A stretch of 64,000 nt of DNA. Origin: a virus (taxonomy: Duplodnaviria > Caudoviricetes). The notes under the pieces are model-generated. The model saw only the letters and a program-made list of their open reading frames with translations. It made no database searches and had not been told where the DNA came from. The stretch is from positions 1 through 64,000 of the IMG/VR virus record IMGVR_UViG_3300005937_000003; one strand, 5' to 3'. This document shows positions 25,060 to 34,009 of the stretch, piece after piece. Each line of letters starts with the position of its first letter. Positions within the stretch are counted from its first letter, which is position 1. Position numbers and translations under genes: made by a program.

Positions 25060-28000
25060 CAGTGCATGATCACCACGATGTCCTCGACGCTCTTGCCTCG
25101 GATCTGCGAGATGCCGCGATCCTTCAGCTTCTTGATGATGCGCGTGCGCTCGGCGGCCGACCCCGCGTTGATCTGCTTGACGTATTCGAGCATCGGGAAG
25201 CCGTTCTTGACCACCAGTTCGTTCAGGTAGTTCGTCTCGGCCTGCTTCCACTGCTGGACGGTGGACAGGCGGTCGCGCTTGTTCGACGGGTCGGAGCGGC
25301 CGAAGTTGTCCGACTTGTACTGGATGTTGTCGGTGCGCAGCATCAGGTCGGTGTCGAAGATGAAGTGCGGCTTGCCCGCGTAGTCGGCGCGGAAGAAGTG
25401 GCTGGGGTTCTGGATGCGCAGGAACAGGTAGCTCGCGCCGCCCGTGCCCATGTCGGTCGCGGACGAGTCGCCATCGGCCTTGCGATACACCCCGTTGCGC
25501 ACGCGCTCCTCGGTGTTCATGAGTTGCCCGTTGGTGCCCAGGATGATGTCGAGGAAGCCCTCGGCGCCGTGCTTGCTGCGGTGACTCAGGCCCCAGCCTG
25601 GCATGGCCTTGTCGATGTCGGCCTTGGTCACGTCGAAGCGCGTGAAGAAGCCGTGGCCGCCCGCCTCGCTGGCGTGCAGGGCGCCCTCGGGGCGGTACAT
25701 CGGGTCAAACTGCGGCTCAGGCTTGTAGCTCGGCAGCTTGGTCACGTCGCTGATGTTCAGCTTGGTGTTCCAGTAGGCGTGGTGGACGGCGATCTGGTCG
25801 CGTACGGGCATGCCTGGCGCGATCTTGTTGGTGACCTGGCTGCGGTAGGTCGGGTCGTCCTCCAGCTTGCTCGCGTGCGCCTGGTGGTGCAGGTACAGCA
25901 GTTCGATGTCGTCCCGCGTGGCCACGCCATCGTCCAGGCCCAGTGCCTCGATCTTGTCGATGGCGGACTGCAGCATGGCGGGTGAGCCGTCGAAGTTCTC
26001 CACGAGGAACTCCAGGCGGCCCTGCTTCGAGTAGCGGTTGCCGCCCATGTTGTGGGGGATGTACTTGGCGGTGATGCCTGGCGCGATCTGGATGGTGTGC
26101 TCGCCCGCGCCCTCGTGGCCGTAGGTCGAGCCACGCGCCATCGTGCCGTCCCACACCAGGCGGTGCCCGACGGGCTTGACGTTCAGGCCGTACGGCTGCT
26201 CGGTCTTGGCCTGGAACTTGTTGGGCGGCGGCGGGGCGGGCGCGGCCGTCGCGCTCGGCGGCGGTGGCGGGATGTACTCCCCGAAGGTGGCCTGGTGGAC
26301 GGCGGTCGAGGTGGTCCAGTAGTGGGTGATCTGGGCGTTGATCTTGTCCAGCGGCTGGGTGGCAAGCTCGTGCACGCTCCAGCCCGAGATCGTTTCGAGG
26401 ATGGCCGTGTAGTGCGCGGCCTTGCCCGCGTCGAGGTTGCCCGCCTCGATCTGCTTGGCCAGGTTGACAATCGGCATCATCTTGGGTGTCTCGATGATCT
26501 GGTTGTAATACTGGGTGCCTGGCTTCATGTGCGCCGCGACGTGCTTGATGCCCGGGATGAGGGCGTTCCAGAGCGGGTCGGCGGGCGCGTAGCTGGCGGC
26601 GGTGGACGAGGCGGCGTAGTTGCTGATGCCCTCCAGCTTGGCCAGTAGCTTGGGTTCGGCGTGCGCTCGCACCTTGCCGCGCAGCAGCAGCGCCTGGCCG
26701 TCGCCCGTCTTGTCCACCGTGTAGGCCAGCATCGAGCCGTCCTCGATGTCGGTGCCCGCCACGCGGACGCTATGGCCAGCCCAGCCTGTACGGGCGACAG
26801 TGTCCACCAACGGCTGGGCGATGGGCGTGAACTGGTTGGCGGTGACGGTCGCCGCAGGCGGCGCGGGTGGCGGCTTGAGCGCCTGCGTCGCGCTCGGCAG
26901 GGGCTTGCCCGCCTTGGTGTCGGCGTCGTCGTACAGCTTCTTGACGTCGGCGCGGATGTTGTGTTTGCGCTCGATAAGCTGGTCGTAGATAACCTCGGGC
27001 GTGGCCACGAAGCCCACGCGGGCGGCGTGCTCGGCGTACGGCCTGACGGCCTCCTTGAAGACGGCGTCGTCCAACGCCTCGATCTTGTCCACCAGGGCGT
27101 CCACGGCCTTGCGGTCGAGGTCGAATCTGCCCTGGATGTAGCCCTCGAACAGCGGCCTGTAGACCACCCCGTCGGGATTCGGCTCGTATGTCCAGTGCAG
27201 CTTGTCCTTGCCCAGGAACTTGAACGCCTGGCCCTTGTCGATGGCCAGCACGTTGCCCTGCGGGTCGAGCAGCAGCGCGCCGTTGTTGGAGTCGTGCTGG
27301 CTGATCAGCCAGTCGATGATCATGTGCTCCTGAATCTGGGCACGCTGCTGGGGCGTCAGGCTCGCCAGGGTGTTCATCTTGACCGTGCCCGAGATCTGGT
27401 GGAACTGCTGCAGCGAGCCGTCCTGGCCGCCGACGCGGGTCACGTGCATCTCGGGCGTGGCGTAGCCGAGTAGCTCCATGACGTTGTAGCCCGCCTTCTC
27501 GGCATTGGCCGCGTTGGGGTCGGGCTTGAACATCCACGTGCTGCCGTCGGGCGCCTCGTAGATGGTCTTGGCGTGGCCGCCGCCCACGTTCTGCGGCTTG
27601 ACCTTGAACTGGCCGACGTTCGGCACGGGCGGCGGTGGCTTGAGGCCAGTCGGCATCTGCGGCTGCTGCTGCGTCGGGGCTGGCTGAGTGGTGACCACGG
27701 GCACGCTCGGCGCCGCTGCGGGTGTGACGCCTGGCGGCGTGACCAGGGTGACCTTGCCTGGCGACTTGGTGAACTTGTTGGGCACGCCTGGGATGGGGCT
27801 GACGGGCTTCAGCGCGACCACGTTCTTGCCCGCGTTGTAGGAGGTGACGGTGGCCGTCACGAGCGTGCCCTGGTAGTCGGTGGTGACCACCGCGCCCTTG
27901 TCGGTGACCTTCAGCGTAGGGGCCGTGGGCGGTGGTGGCGGCTGCGCGGCGGGCGGCGCCACAGGTGGTGGTGGGGTGTAGGGCGTGGGCGCCTTGAAGT

Positions 28001-31000
28001 CGCTGAGCACGTGCAGCGGCACGCTGAATTGCGCCCCGTCGGGTAGCTCGATCTTCCAGCTTGTGGCGCTCGTCGGCTCGATCAGCTTGATCGTTTCGAT
28101 GCCACTGTAGAGCGCCGTCCCGCCTGGCTCGGGACCAGCGCTGGGGGTCAGTGTGGCGTGGGCGGGCGGCGTCACGGCCATCGGCGCGCCAGGCGGCAGC
28201 AGTTCGCTCTTGTAGAAGTACAACTGGTTGCCCGCGTGCGACCCCGTCTTCATCTCGACGGTCATCTCGTCTTGCGCGCTCTTGCCGACAGGGTCGGTCA
28301 GCAGGACGGCCTCGTGGCCGTGCCACGACTTGCCTGGCATGTTGACCACCACCGTGTCGCCCACCTTGAGGTGGCTGATGCTGCCTGGCCGTGGCGCGGT
28401 TGGCCCTGGCACGTTGGTCTGCACGGGCGGGGTGGTGACGGTCGGCGCGGGCGCAGCACCTGGCGGCTGGATGGCGTCCACGTACTTGGGGTTCTTGGTG
28501 AAGGTGGCCTTCTTGGCGCCCGTGATCGGCACGTCGGGCTTGATGGTCACCACCTGCTTGCCCGGGTTCCACGAGGTGACGGTGCCCGTGACCAGATTGC
28601 CCTGGTACATCGTGCTGACCTTGGTGCCCTTCTGGGTGACGTCGATGACCGTCCCAGGCGGCGGTTGCAGCGGTACGGGCGGTGGCGTGGGCGCATGGAC
28701 CACGCTCGCGCCTGGTGCCTTGAGCGTGCTCAGCGGCCAGAAGTCGGTCGTGCCTGCGGCAGGCCCCGTCTGGTAGACCACCGTGAGCGGCGTGGTCGGT
28801 GAGGCGCCAGGCTTGGACTCTTTGATAATGACCGTCTGGCCGTGCATCGGGTCGCCAGGCACGTCGAGCACGGCCGTCGTGCCTTGAATCGGCGTCACCT
28901 GCTGCGGCGCGGGGCCTGGGGCGGTCGTCAACGCTAGCTCGGACAGCTTGAAGAAGCCCTCGTAGCCTGCCTCGGCGCCCGTCTTGAACATGACCTTGAC
29001 GGTGGTGTCAGGTCCAGCACCTGGCTTGTCCTGCTCGATGGTGACCGTCTCGCCATCGAGCGGGTGGCCTGGCTTGGCGATCTGCGCGACGGTGCCCTTG
29101 ACCGCTTGCGGCTGGCCTGGCGGCGCGGGCGCGGCCTTGGGCGGCGGCATGTAGCCCGCGTGCGTCGCGCCTGGCAGGCCGATCTCGTCCAGATAGGCGT
29201 GCACCTTGCTGCCATCGGCCAGCAGGATGTCCACGTAGGCGCTGCCCGTCTTGCCCAGGACGTCGGCCTGGAGCACGCCTGTAGCGCCCGCATCAGGCCC
29301 CTTGAGGATGACCACCTCCTCGCCTGCGGTGAGTTGGTGCAGCGGCGTCTGGGTGTGCTGCACGGTGCCTGGCGGCACGTCGAGATACTTCTTGGCGACG
29401 AAGTAGGCGTCGTTATCGTTCTGGGCGTCGGCCAGCGTCTTGTAGACGGGGATCTGGCTGTCGGGGTCGAGCGTCCAGGCGGGCGTCTCGCCCAGGTACA
29501 CATCCTGGCCGTACAGCGGGAAGCTCGTGTCGGTGATCTGCACCTTGTCGCCAGGCGCCAGGTCGTCCAGCTTGGCGAGGCCACGTGTGCCTGCGCTGGC
29601 GGCGACCTGGGCGTTGGGGTCGATGAACAGGTTCTTGGCCAGCGCGTCATGCCCGCCGCTCGGCAACAGGATCGGCACAGGCTCATTCGGCCCGTAGTTG
29701 TTCGGGTCGTCGGCCAGGACGTACTTCTCGCCGTGCAGGATGCTGCCTGGCTTGTAGACCTGCACCTCGTCGCCAAACTTCAGGTGGTCGATGCCGCCCG
29801 GGGTGGGCACAGGTGGCCCGACGGGCTGCGGCGCGGCAGCCAGCGGCTTGATCTGGCCGACGTTGACCTCGGCCGTCGAGTAGTAGTGCAGGCTGCCGTC
29901 CGCGAGTTGGATCTGGTAGATGCCCATTGCCGAGATCTGGACCACCTTGCCCTGCTGGCCGTGCACGCTCGGGTACAGCGGCGTGTCGATCTGGACGTTG
30001 TCACCGATCTTGATCGGGGTGGTCGCGGGCGGCGGCACGTAGCTCGGCGTGGGCGGTGGTGCGGGCGGCGCAAGCGTGGGATTGGTGGCCGAGACGTCCC
30101 ACTTCTGGTAGCTCGGCGCGAACGCGTGCGAGCCGTCCATCAACTGCACCGTCCAGTCGTCAATGATCTTGGCGACGGGCGCCCCGTGGTGCGGGTTGCC
30201 TGGCTTGTCGATGAACCCGATTGGCTGCGGCGTGGTCGGCGCAGGCGCAGGCGCGACCTGAGCGGGCGCCTTGAAGTTGGTCAGTTCGCTGGGTGGGAAG
30301 TCGAGCGTCATGCCGCTCGGGAACTTGACCTCGATCAGGCCGTTGGGCTTGACGGCCACGATCTCCAGGGTGTCGATGCCTGGCGTCTTGAGCACCAGTT
30401 CGGCCGTGCCACCGACCTGCGGCCCGACCACGGGCACGCTCGTGGCGGTGGGCGTGATCACCTCCAGCTTGAACTGGCTGGTGGCGGGCAGGTCGAGCGC
30501 CAGCGCCTGGCCCTGAATGTTGACGCCGATGGTGGCCGTGCCGTCGGGCGCGATCTTGGTGATGGTGCCCACCTGGCCATCGAGCACGGGCTGCTCGGGC
30601 GTGTGGAACTTGACGTTGATGCCCGCCACGAGCGTCCCGGGCGGGTGCGACGGCGGCGTGGCTTCGAGGTTCTGGGGCACGACGTTGTTCTCGCTGCCGT
30701 CTTCCCACTTGACGTGCACCGTGCTCGCGGTGGCGATGCCCATGACCGTGCCGACCTTGCCCTTGTGCTGGCCGACCTTGGCCCAGATGACCTGCCCGAC
30801 GCCGATGCCGCCCAGGCTGGGCAGGGGCGCCGACTGTAGCTGGACGGCCTCGATGAACTCCTTCCACTGGCTGCCATCGGGGAACAGCACCTCGACGGCC
30901 AGGGCGCCCTGCATGGTGGTGTGCCCCGTCACGGTGCCTTCCAGGCCCTTCTCGGGGCCATCGGTGACGGTGACCTTGTCGCCCACCTTGTAGACGGGCG

Positions 31001-32924
31001 GCGCCACAGCGTTGGCGCTCAGGTGCTCCATCGCGATCAGCAGGTCGTCGGCCATGTTGCGCAGGTGCAGGCCCTTGGCGTGCTTCCAGGCGCCTGGCTT
31101 CATGATCTGCACGACCGACTCGGCCAGCATCTCGTGCCAGTCGTCGGCGGCGTAGACGCTCGGCAGGCCCAGCCCGATGCCGTCGTTCAGGTCGTTGAAG
31201 ACCTGCTCCCACTGGTTGGCCTGGCCGTGCGTCATCAGCCGCTCCAGGGTGTGCGCAAGCTCGTGCACGATCAGCCACTTCTCGGTGACCGTGCCCGTCT
31301 GGGGATCGGCGGCCACGTACATCGGCTGCCCGCCCGCGCCCGTCTGGCTGGCGTTCTGCTCGATGAACTTGAGCACCTGGGCGCGCTCGGCCAGGTTGAT
31401 GCGGAAGTAGCTGCCGATGGCCTGGGCGTACACCTGCTGGTTGGTCGAGAGGCCTGGCGCGAACTCCAGGCGGACCTCCTGGCCGAACTTGTAGTGGTGC
31501 CCCGTCTTGGGGTCCACGAAGGGCGTGCCGATGGCGATGCCGACCTGCTCGTAGGCGTCGAGCGCCTCGCTCACGGCCTGCAGCGCGTCGGCGGTGCCCT
31601 GGTCGTGCGGCACCTGGGGATCGACGTCCACGTTCACGCCGCGCTGCGCCAGGGCGTGCAGGTGCAGGTCGATCTGCTCCTGGGGCGTCGGGCCGATCTG
31701 GGTCAGCGGCGCCGCCACGGTGGGCGCGCCCGTGTAGGGCTGGATCTTGGACGGCGCCCGCCAGACCTTGATCGAAGCCATGCCCTGGCCAGGGTCGATG
31801 ATCAGCGTCAGGACACCCTTGCTGGCGTGCTCGCCGTTGACGGTGGCGATGACCTGCTGACCCTTGACGTCGATCAGCACCTTCTGGCCCTTGGCGTAGC
31901 CGCCCATCAGCGGGCCTGTGCCGAAGGCCTGGATGGCGCCCTCGACGCTGGAGATCTCGATGTCGAGCAGCGGCTTCAGGTCGTTCTGGTAGTAGGCCTC
32001 CAGATGCGGCTGCGAGTGCGGGTCGGCCAGCCAGCTATCAAGCTCGGCCAGCACGTCGTCCAGCTTCTTGTGGACGGGGATGGCCGTGCAGAAGCAGTGC
32101 GGGTGCGGCTTGAGCGGTTCGGTGCCCTTGGGGAAGAAGCCGATGGCGGCGTAGTCGTCGCAGATGTCCTTCTCGTGGCCCAGGCCCTCCGCGATGTGCC
32201 AGCGGATGCCCAGGTAGCTCGGCGTGGCCGCGTGCGACGAGATGGTGCCCTCGTGGAAGGCGTTCTGCATCTCGGTCCTGGCCACGCGCATGGCGGGCAT
32301 GCTGGTGTCCTTGGGCACGCGCAGGCGCTTGGCCGTGGCCTCCTTGTAGGGCACGTTGGTGCCTGGCTGCAGGTACTGCTCGATCTGGCGAGCGACCTGC
32401 ACGGGCGGCTGGCCCGCGATGATGGCCGTCTGGACCACGCTCTGGGTCGCCTGGCGCCACTGCTGGTTGGACTTCCAGATGCGGTCGCTGAGCTTGATGC
32501 CGTCCTTGCCCGTGCGCGTGATGAAGGCGCCCGCCGCACGCTGGTTGATGCCCCTGACGTGGGCGTCGATGGCCTCGGGGCCGAAGACCGACCCGTAGGC
32601 GTCGGACACCTTGGCCTTGAGCACGCTGTCGGCCGAGTCATGGAAGCTGGCGTAGATGCCCGCGTGCATCGCGTCGATCACGCGCTGGTCGAGCGTGGTC
32701 GCGTAGTCACCGATGATGGTCTGCAGGTTGGACAGGTTCCAGGCGGTGCTGGGCGCCGTGGGCGGCGCGGCCGCGACCCGCGACCCCACGCTCGTGGCGG
32801 CCTGCTGGTAGGCGTTCTTGACCTGCGCCTGGGTCAGCCCCGACTTCTGCGCCCACGCCTCGCGGGCGTCCACCAGCGACTGGCGGTAGATCTGACTGTT
32901 ACTCGGCTGGGGGTTGCTCGGCAT
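25059..32924 (-). CDS. MuF (SPP1 gp7-like) minor head protein fused to zincin, KOW/SH3-like array, PI3K/HipA-like kinase and ART-like domains
   Basis: N-terminal LSDRIW, RVARTE, ICDD, HPHCFC MuF motifs; VHELAH..HEMLAES zincin; WMFKP..AEK..DWLISQHD..AIDKGQAF kinase-like; HRS..EER.RNG..S..DM.TGGASYLFLR..NELVV ART-like tip. Confidence 0.88.
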   Translation of the reverse strand: MPSNPQPSNSQIYRQSLVDAREAWAQKSGLTQAQVKNAYQQAATSVGSRVAAAPPTAPSTAWNLSNLQTIIGDYATTLDQRVIDAMHAGIYASFHDSADSVLKAKVSDAYGSVFGPEAIDAHVRGINQRAAGAFITRTGKDGIKLSDRIWKSNQQWRQATQSVVQTAIIAGQPPVQVARQIEQYLQPGTNVPYKEATAKRLRVPKDTSMPAMRVARTEMQNAFHEGTISSHAATPSYLGIRWHIAEGLGHEKDICDDYAAIGFFPKGTEPLKPHPHCFCTAIPVHKKLDDVLAELDSWLADPHSQPHLEAYYQNDLKPLLDIEISSVEGAIQAFGTGPLMGGYAKGQKVLIDVKGQQVIATVNGEHASKGVLTLIIDPGQGMASIKVWRAPSKIQPYTGAPTVAAPLTQIGPTPQEQIDLHLHALAQRGVNVDVDPQVPHDQGTADALQAVSEALDAYEQVGIAIGTPFVDPKTGHHYKFGQEVRLEFAPGLSTNQQVYAQAIGSYFRINLAERAQVLKFIEQNASQTGAGGQPMYVAADPQTGTVTEKWLIVHELAHTLERLMTHGQANQWEQVFNDLNDGIGLGLPSVYAADDWHEMLAESVVQIMKPGAWKHAKGLHLRNMADDLLIAMEHLSANAVAPPVYKVGDKVTVTDGPEKGLEGTVTGHTTMQGALAVEVLFPDGSQWKEFIEAVQLQSAPLPSLGGIGVGQVIWAKVGQHKGKVGTVMGIATASTVHVKWEDGSENNVVPQNLEATPPSHPPGTLVAGINVKFHTPEQPVLDGQVGTITKIAPDGTATIGVNIQGQALALDLPATSQFKLEVITPTATSVPVVGPQVGGTAELVLKTPGIDTLEIVAVKPNGLIEVKFPSGMTLDFPPSELTNFKAPAQVAPAPAPTTPQPIGFIDKPGNPHHGAPVAKIIDDWTVQLMDGSHAFAPSYQKWDVSATNPTLAPPAPPPTPSYVPPPATTPIKIGDNVQIDTPLYPSVHGQQGKVVQISAMGIYQIQLADGSLHYYSTAEVNVGQIKPLAAAPQPVGPPVPTPGGIDHLKFGDEVQVYKPGSILHGEKYVLADDPNNYGPNEPVPILLPSGGHDALAKNLFIDPNAQVAASAGTRGLAKLDDLAPGDKVQITDTSFPLYGQDVYLGETPAWTLDPDSQIPVYKTLADAQNDNDAYFVAKKYLDVPPGTVQHTQTPLHQLTAGEEVVILKGPDAGATGVLQADVLGKTGSAYVDILLADGSKVHAYLDEIGLPGATHAGYMPPPKAAPAPPGQPQAVKGTVAQIAKPGHPLDGETVTIEQDKPGAGPDTTVKVMFKTGAEAGYEGFFKLSELALTTAPGPAPQQVTPIQGTTAVLDVPGDPMHGQTVIIKESKPGASPTTPLTVVYQTGPAAGTTDFWPLSTLKAPGASVVHAPTPPPVPLQPPPGTVIDVTQKGTKVSTMYQGNLVTGTVTSWNPGKQVVTIKPDVPITGAKKATFTKNPKYVDAIQPPGAAPAPTVTTPPVQTNVPGPTAPRPGSISHLKVGDTVVVNMPGKSWHGHEAVLLTDPVGKSAQDEMTVEMKTGSHAGNQLYFYKSELLPPGAPMAVTPPAHATLTPSAGPEPGGTALYSGIETIKLIEPTSATSWKIELPDGAQFSVPLHVLSDFKAPTPYTPPPPVAPPAAQPPPPPTAPTLKVTDKGAVVTTDYQGTLVTATVTSYNAGKNVVALKPVSPIPGVPNKFTKSPGKVTLVTPPGVTPAAAPSVPVVTTQPAPTQQQPQMPTGLKPPPPVPNVGQFKVKPQNVGGGHAKTIYEAPDGSTWMFKPDPNAANAEKAGYNVMELLGYATPEMHVTRVGGQDGSLQQFHQISGTVKMNTLASLTPQQRAQIQEHMIIDWLISQHDSNNGALLLDPQGNVLAIDKGQAFKFLGKDKLHWTYEPNPDGVVYRPLFEGYIQGRFDLDRKAVDALVDKIEALDDAVFKEAVRPYAEHAARVGFVATPEVIYDQLIERKHNIRADVKKLYDDADTKAGKPLPSATQALKPPPAPPAATVTANQFTPIAQPLVDTVARTGWAGHSVRVAGTDIEDGSMLAYTVDKTGDGQALLLRGKVRAHAEPKLLAKLEGISNYAASSTAASYAPADPLWNALIPGIKHVAAHMKPGTQYYNQIIETPKMMPIVNLAKQIEAGNLDAGKAAHYTAILETISGWSVHELATQPLDKINAQITHYWTTSTAVHQATFGEYIPPPPPSATAAPAPPPPNKFQAKTEQPYGLNVKPVGHRLVWDGTMARGSTYGHEGAGEHTIQIAPGITAKYIPHNMGGNRYSKQGRLEFLVENFDGSPAMLQSAIDKIEALGLDDGVATRDDIELLYLHHQAHASKLEDDPTYRSQVTNKIAPGMPVRDQIAVHHAYWNTKLNISDVTKLPSYKPEPQFDPMYRPEGALHASEAGGHGFFTRFDVTKADIDKAMPGWGLSHRSKHGAEGFLDIILGTNGQLMNTEERVRNGVYRKADGDSSATDMGTGGASYLFLRIQNPSHFFRADYAGKPHFIFDTDLMLRTDNIQYKSDNFGRSDPSNKRDRLSTVQQWKQAETNYLNELVVKNGFPMLEYVKQINAGSAAERTRIIKKLKDRGISQIRGKSVEDIVVIMH

Positions 32925-33621
32925 CGGGTGGATGCGTGCCCGACGTGAAGGTCTGGCTGTTGGGCAAGCCCGTCCAGTGCGCCACGGCGGTGCCTGCGGC
33001 CGTCGCGGGCACCAGCGCCTGGCGCTCGCGCTCGGCCTGAGCGCGCTGCTCGGCCTCGAACTGCTGACGCTCCTGGGCGGTCAGGTTGCTCTTGGCCGTG
33101 CGCACGTCGGCGGGCGCGCTGGTCCACGGCGGCATCGGTAGCTGGCTGGCGATGACGTTGGCCAGGTGGTCGGCGGTGATCTCGATCTGGCGCCTGAAGG
33201 CGCGGATGAACAGCGTGTGCGCCTGGTCGGCCAGGGCGCCCTTCAGGTCGTGCTCGACCATCTGCAGGTTGGCATCCAGCAGCACGTGCGATAGCTCGTG
33301 CGCCATGTGCAGGCGGGCGTCCTGGGGATCGGAGTCGAAGATCTCGTTGTCGAAGCGGAAGCTGGCGAAGACCCGCCCGTCGATGATGTTGACCTGGGCG
33401 TGGGCGTCCGTGTCTGGCCCTTCGTGCCACAGCCGCAGCGTCCAATGCTGCAACAGCATCTGGTCGGCGCACGTGCGCAGCCAGGCGCCCAGCCACTCGC
33501 GCTGCTGGCCCGTGTAGTAGCTCTCGGCATCGTTCAGCGGCCCCGTCGTGGCGCGGTTGTCGAGGTACTCGGTGGGCTTGGCCTGGCCAGGCCGCATCTC
33601 GTCGTAACACGTGATCGGCAC
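32899..33621 (-). CDS. HExxH zincin-like metalloprotein
   Basis: LHMAHELSHVLL with downstream E (QIEITADHLA); -10-like TACACT 6 nt upstream of GTG. Confidence 0.65.
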   Translation of the reverse strand: MPITCYDEMRPGQAKPTEYLDNRATTGPLNDAESYYTGQQREWLGAWLRTCADQMLLQHWTLRLWHEGPDTDAHAQVNIIDGRVFASFRFDNEIFDSDPQDARLHMAHELSHVLLDANLQMVEHDLKGALADQAHTLFIRAFRRQIEITADHLANVIASQLPMPPWTSAPADVRTAKSNLTAQERQQFEAEQRAQAERERQALVPATAAGTAVAHWTGLPNSQTFTSGTHPPDAEQPPAE

Positions 33622-33821
33622 GCGTGCAGTGTATGCTCACCAGTGACGCCGCGCTGCCACCCACGGGGGACTCTGCTGCTGGACCACGTGGTGTGCTGAC
33701 ACCCACACGCTCGGTGGTCGGTGCGTCGCTTGCCCCGCATGGGGCGTCAGGACACGCGACCTGGCGCCCCGGGGCGTCAATCTCAGCGTAAGTTGATGAT
33801 GACCCGTTATAGTCGGCGGCC

Positions 33822-33968
33822 ATGCCCCGCCAGGCCCAGGCGGTGGTCGAATACGGGTTGCTGATTGCGACCATCGCGTTGCTGGTGTTGTTGGGGGCCA
33901 ACGCATTCGGCACTGCTCTTTCCGCGTGGTTCGATGCGCTACTGCTGCGCATCCTCGCGACGGTTTAG
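33822..33968 (+). CDS. Flp/Tad (type IVc) pilin-like protein
   Basis: Manual translation MPRQA|QAVVEYGLLIATIALLVLLGANAFGTALSAWFDALLLRILATV: short basic leader, Glu+5/Tyr+6, hydrophobic helix, amphipathic tail; TATAGT 8 nt upstream of ATG. Confidence 0.75.
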   Translation: MPRQAQAVVEYGLLIATIALLVLLGANAFGTALSAWFDALLLRILATV

Positions 33969-33977
33969 CCGACATGC

Positions 33978-34004
33978 AAAAGCCTCACCCTTTTGGGGTG
34001 AGGC
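33978..34004 (-). terminator. Intrinsic terminator after tRNA operon
   Basis: GCCTCACCC-loop-GGGTGAGGC hairpin followed on the minus strand by TTTT. Confidence 0.75.
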
Positions 34005-34009
34005 CGAGA

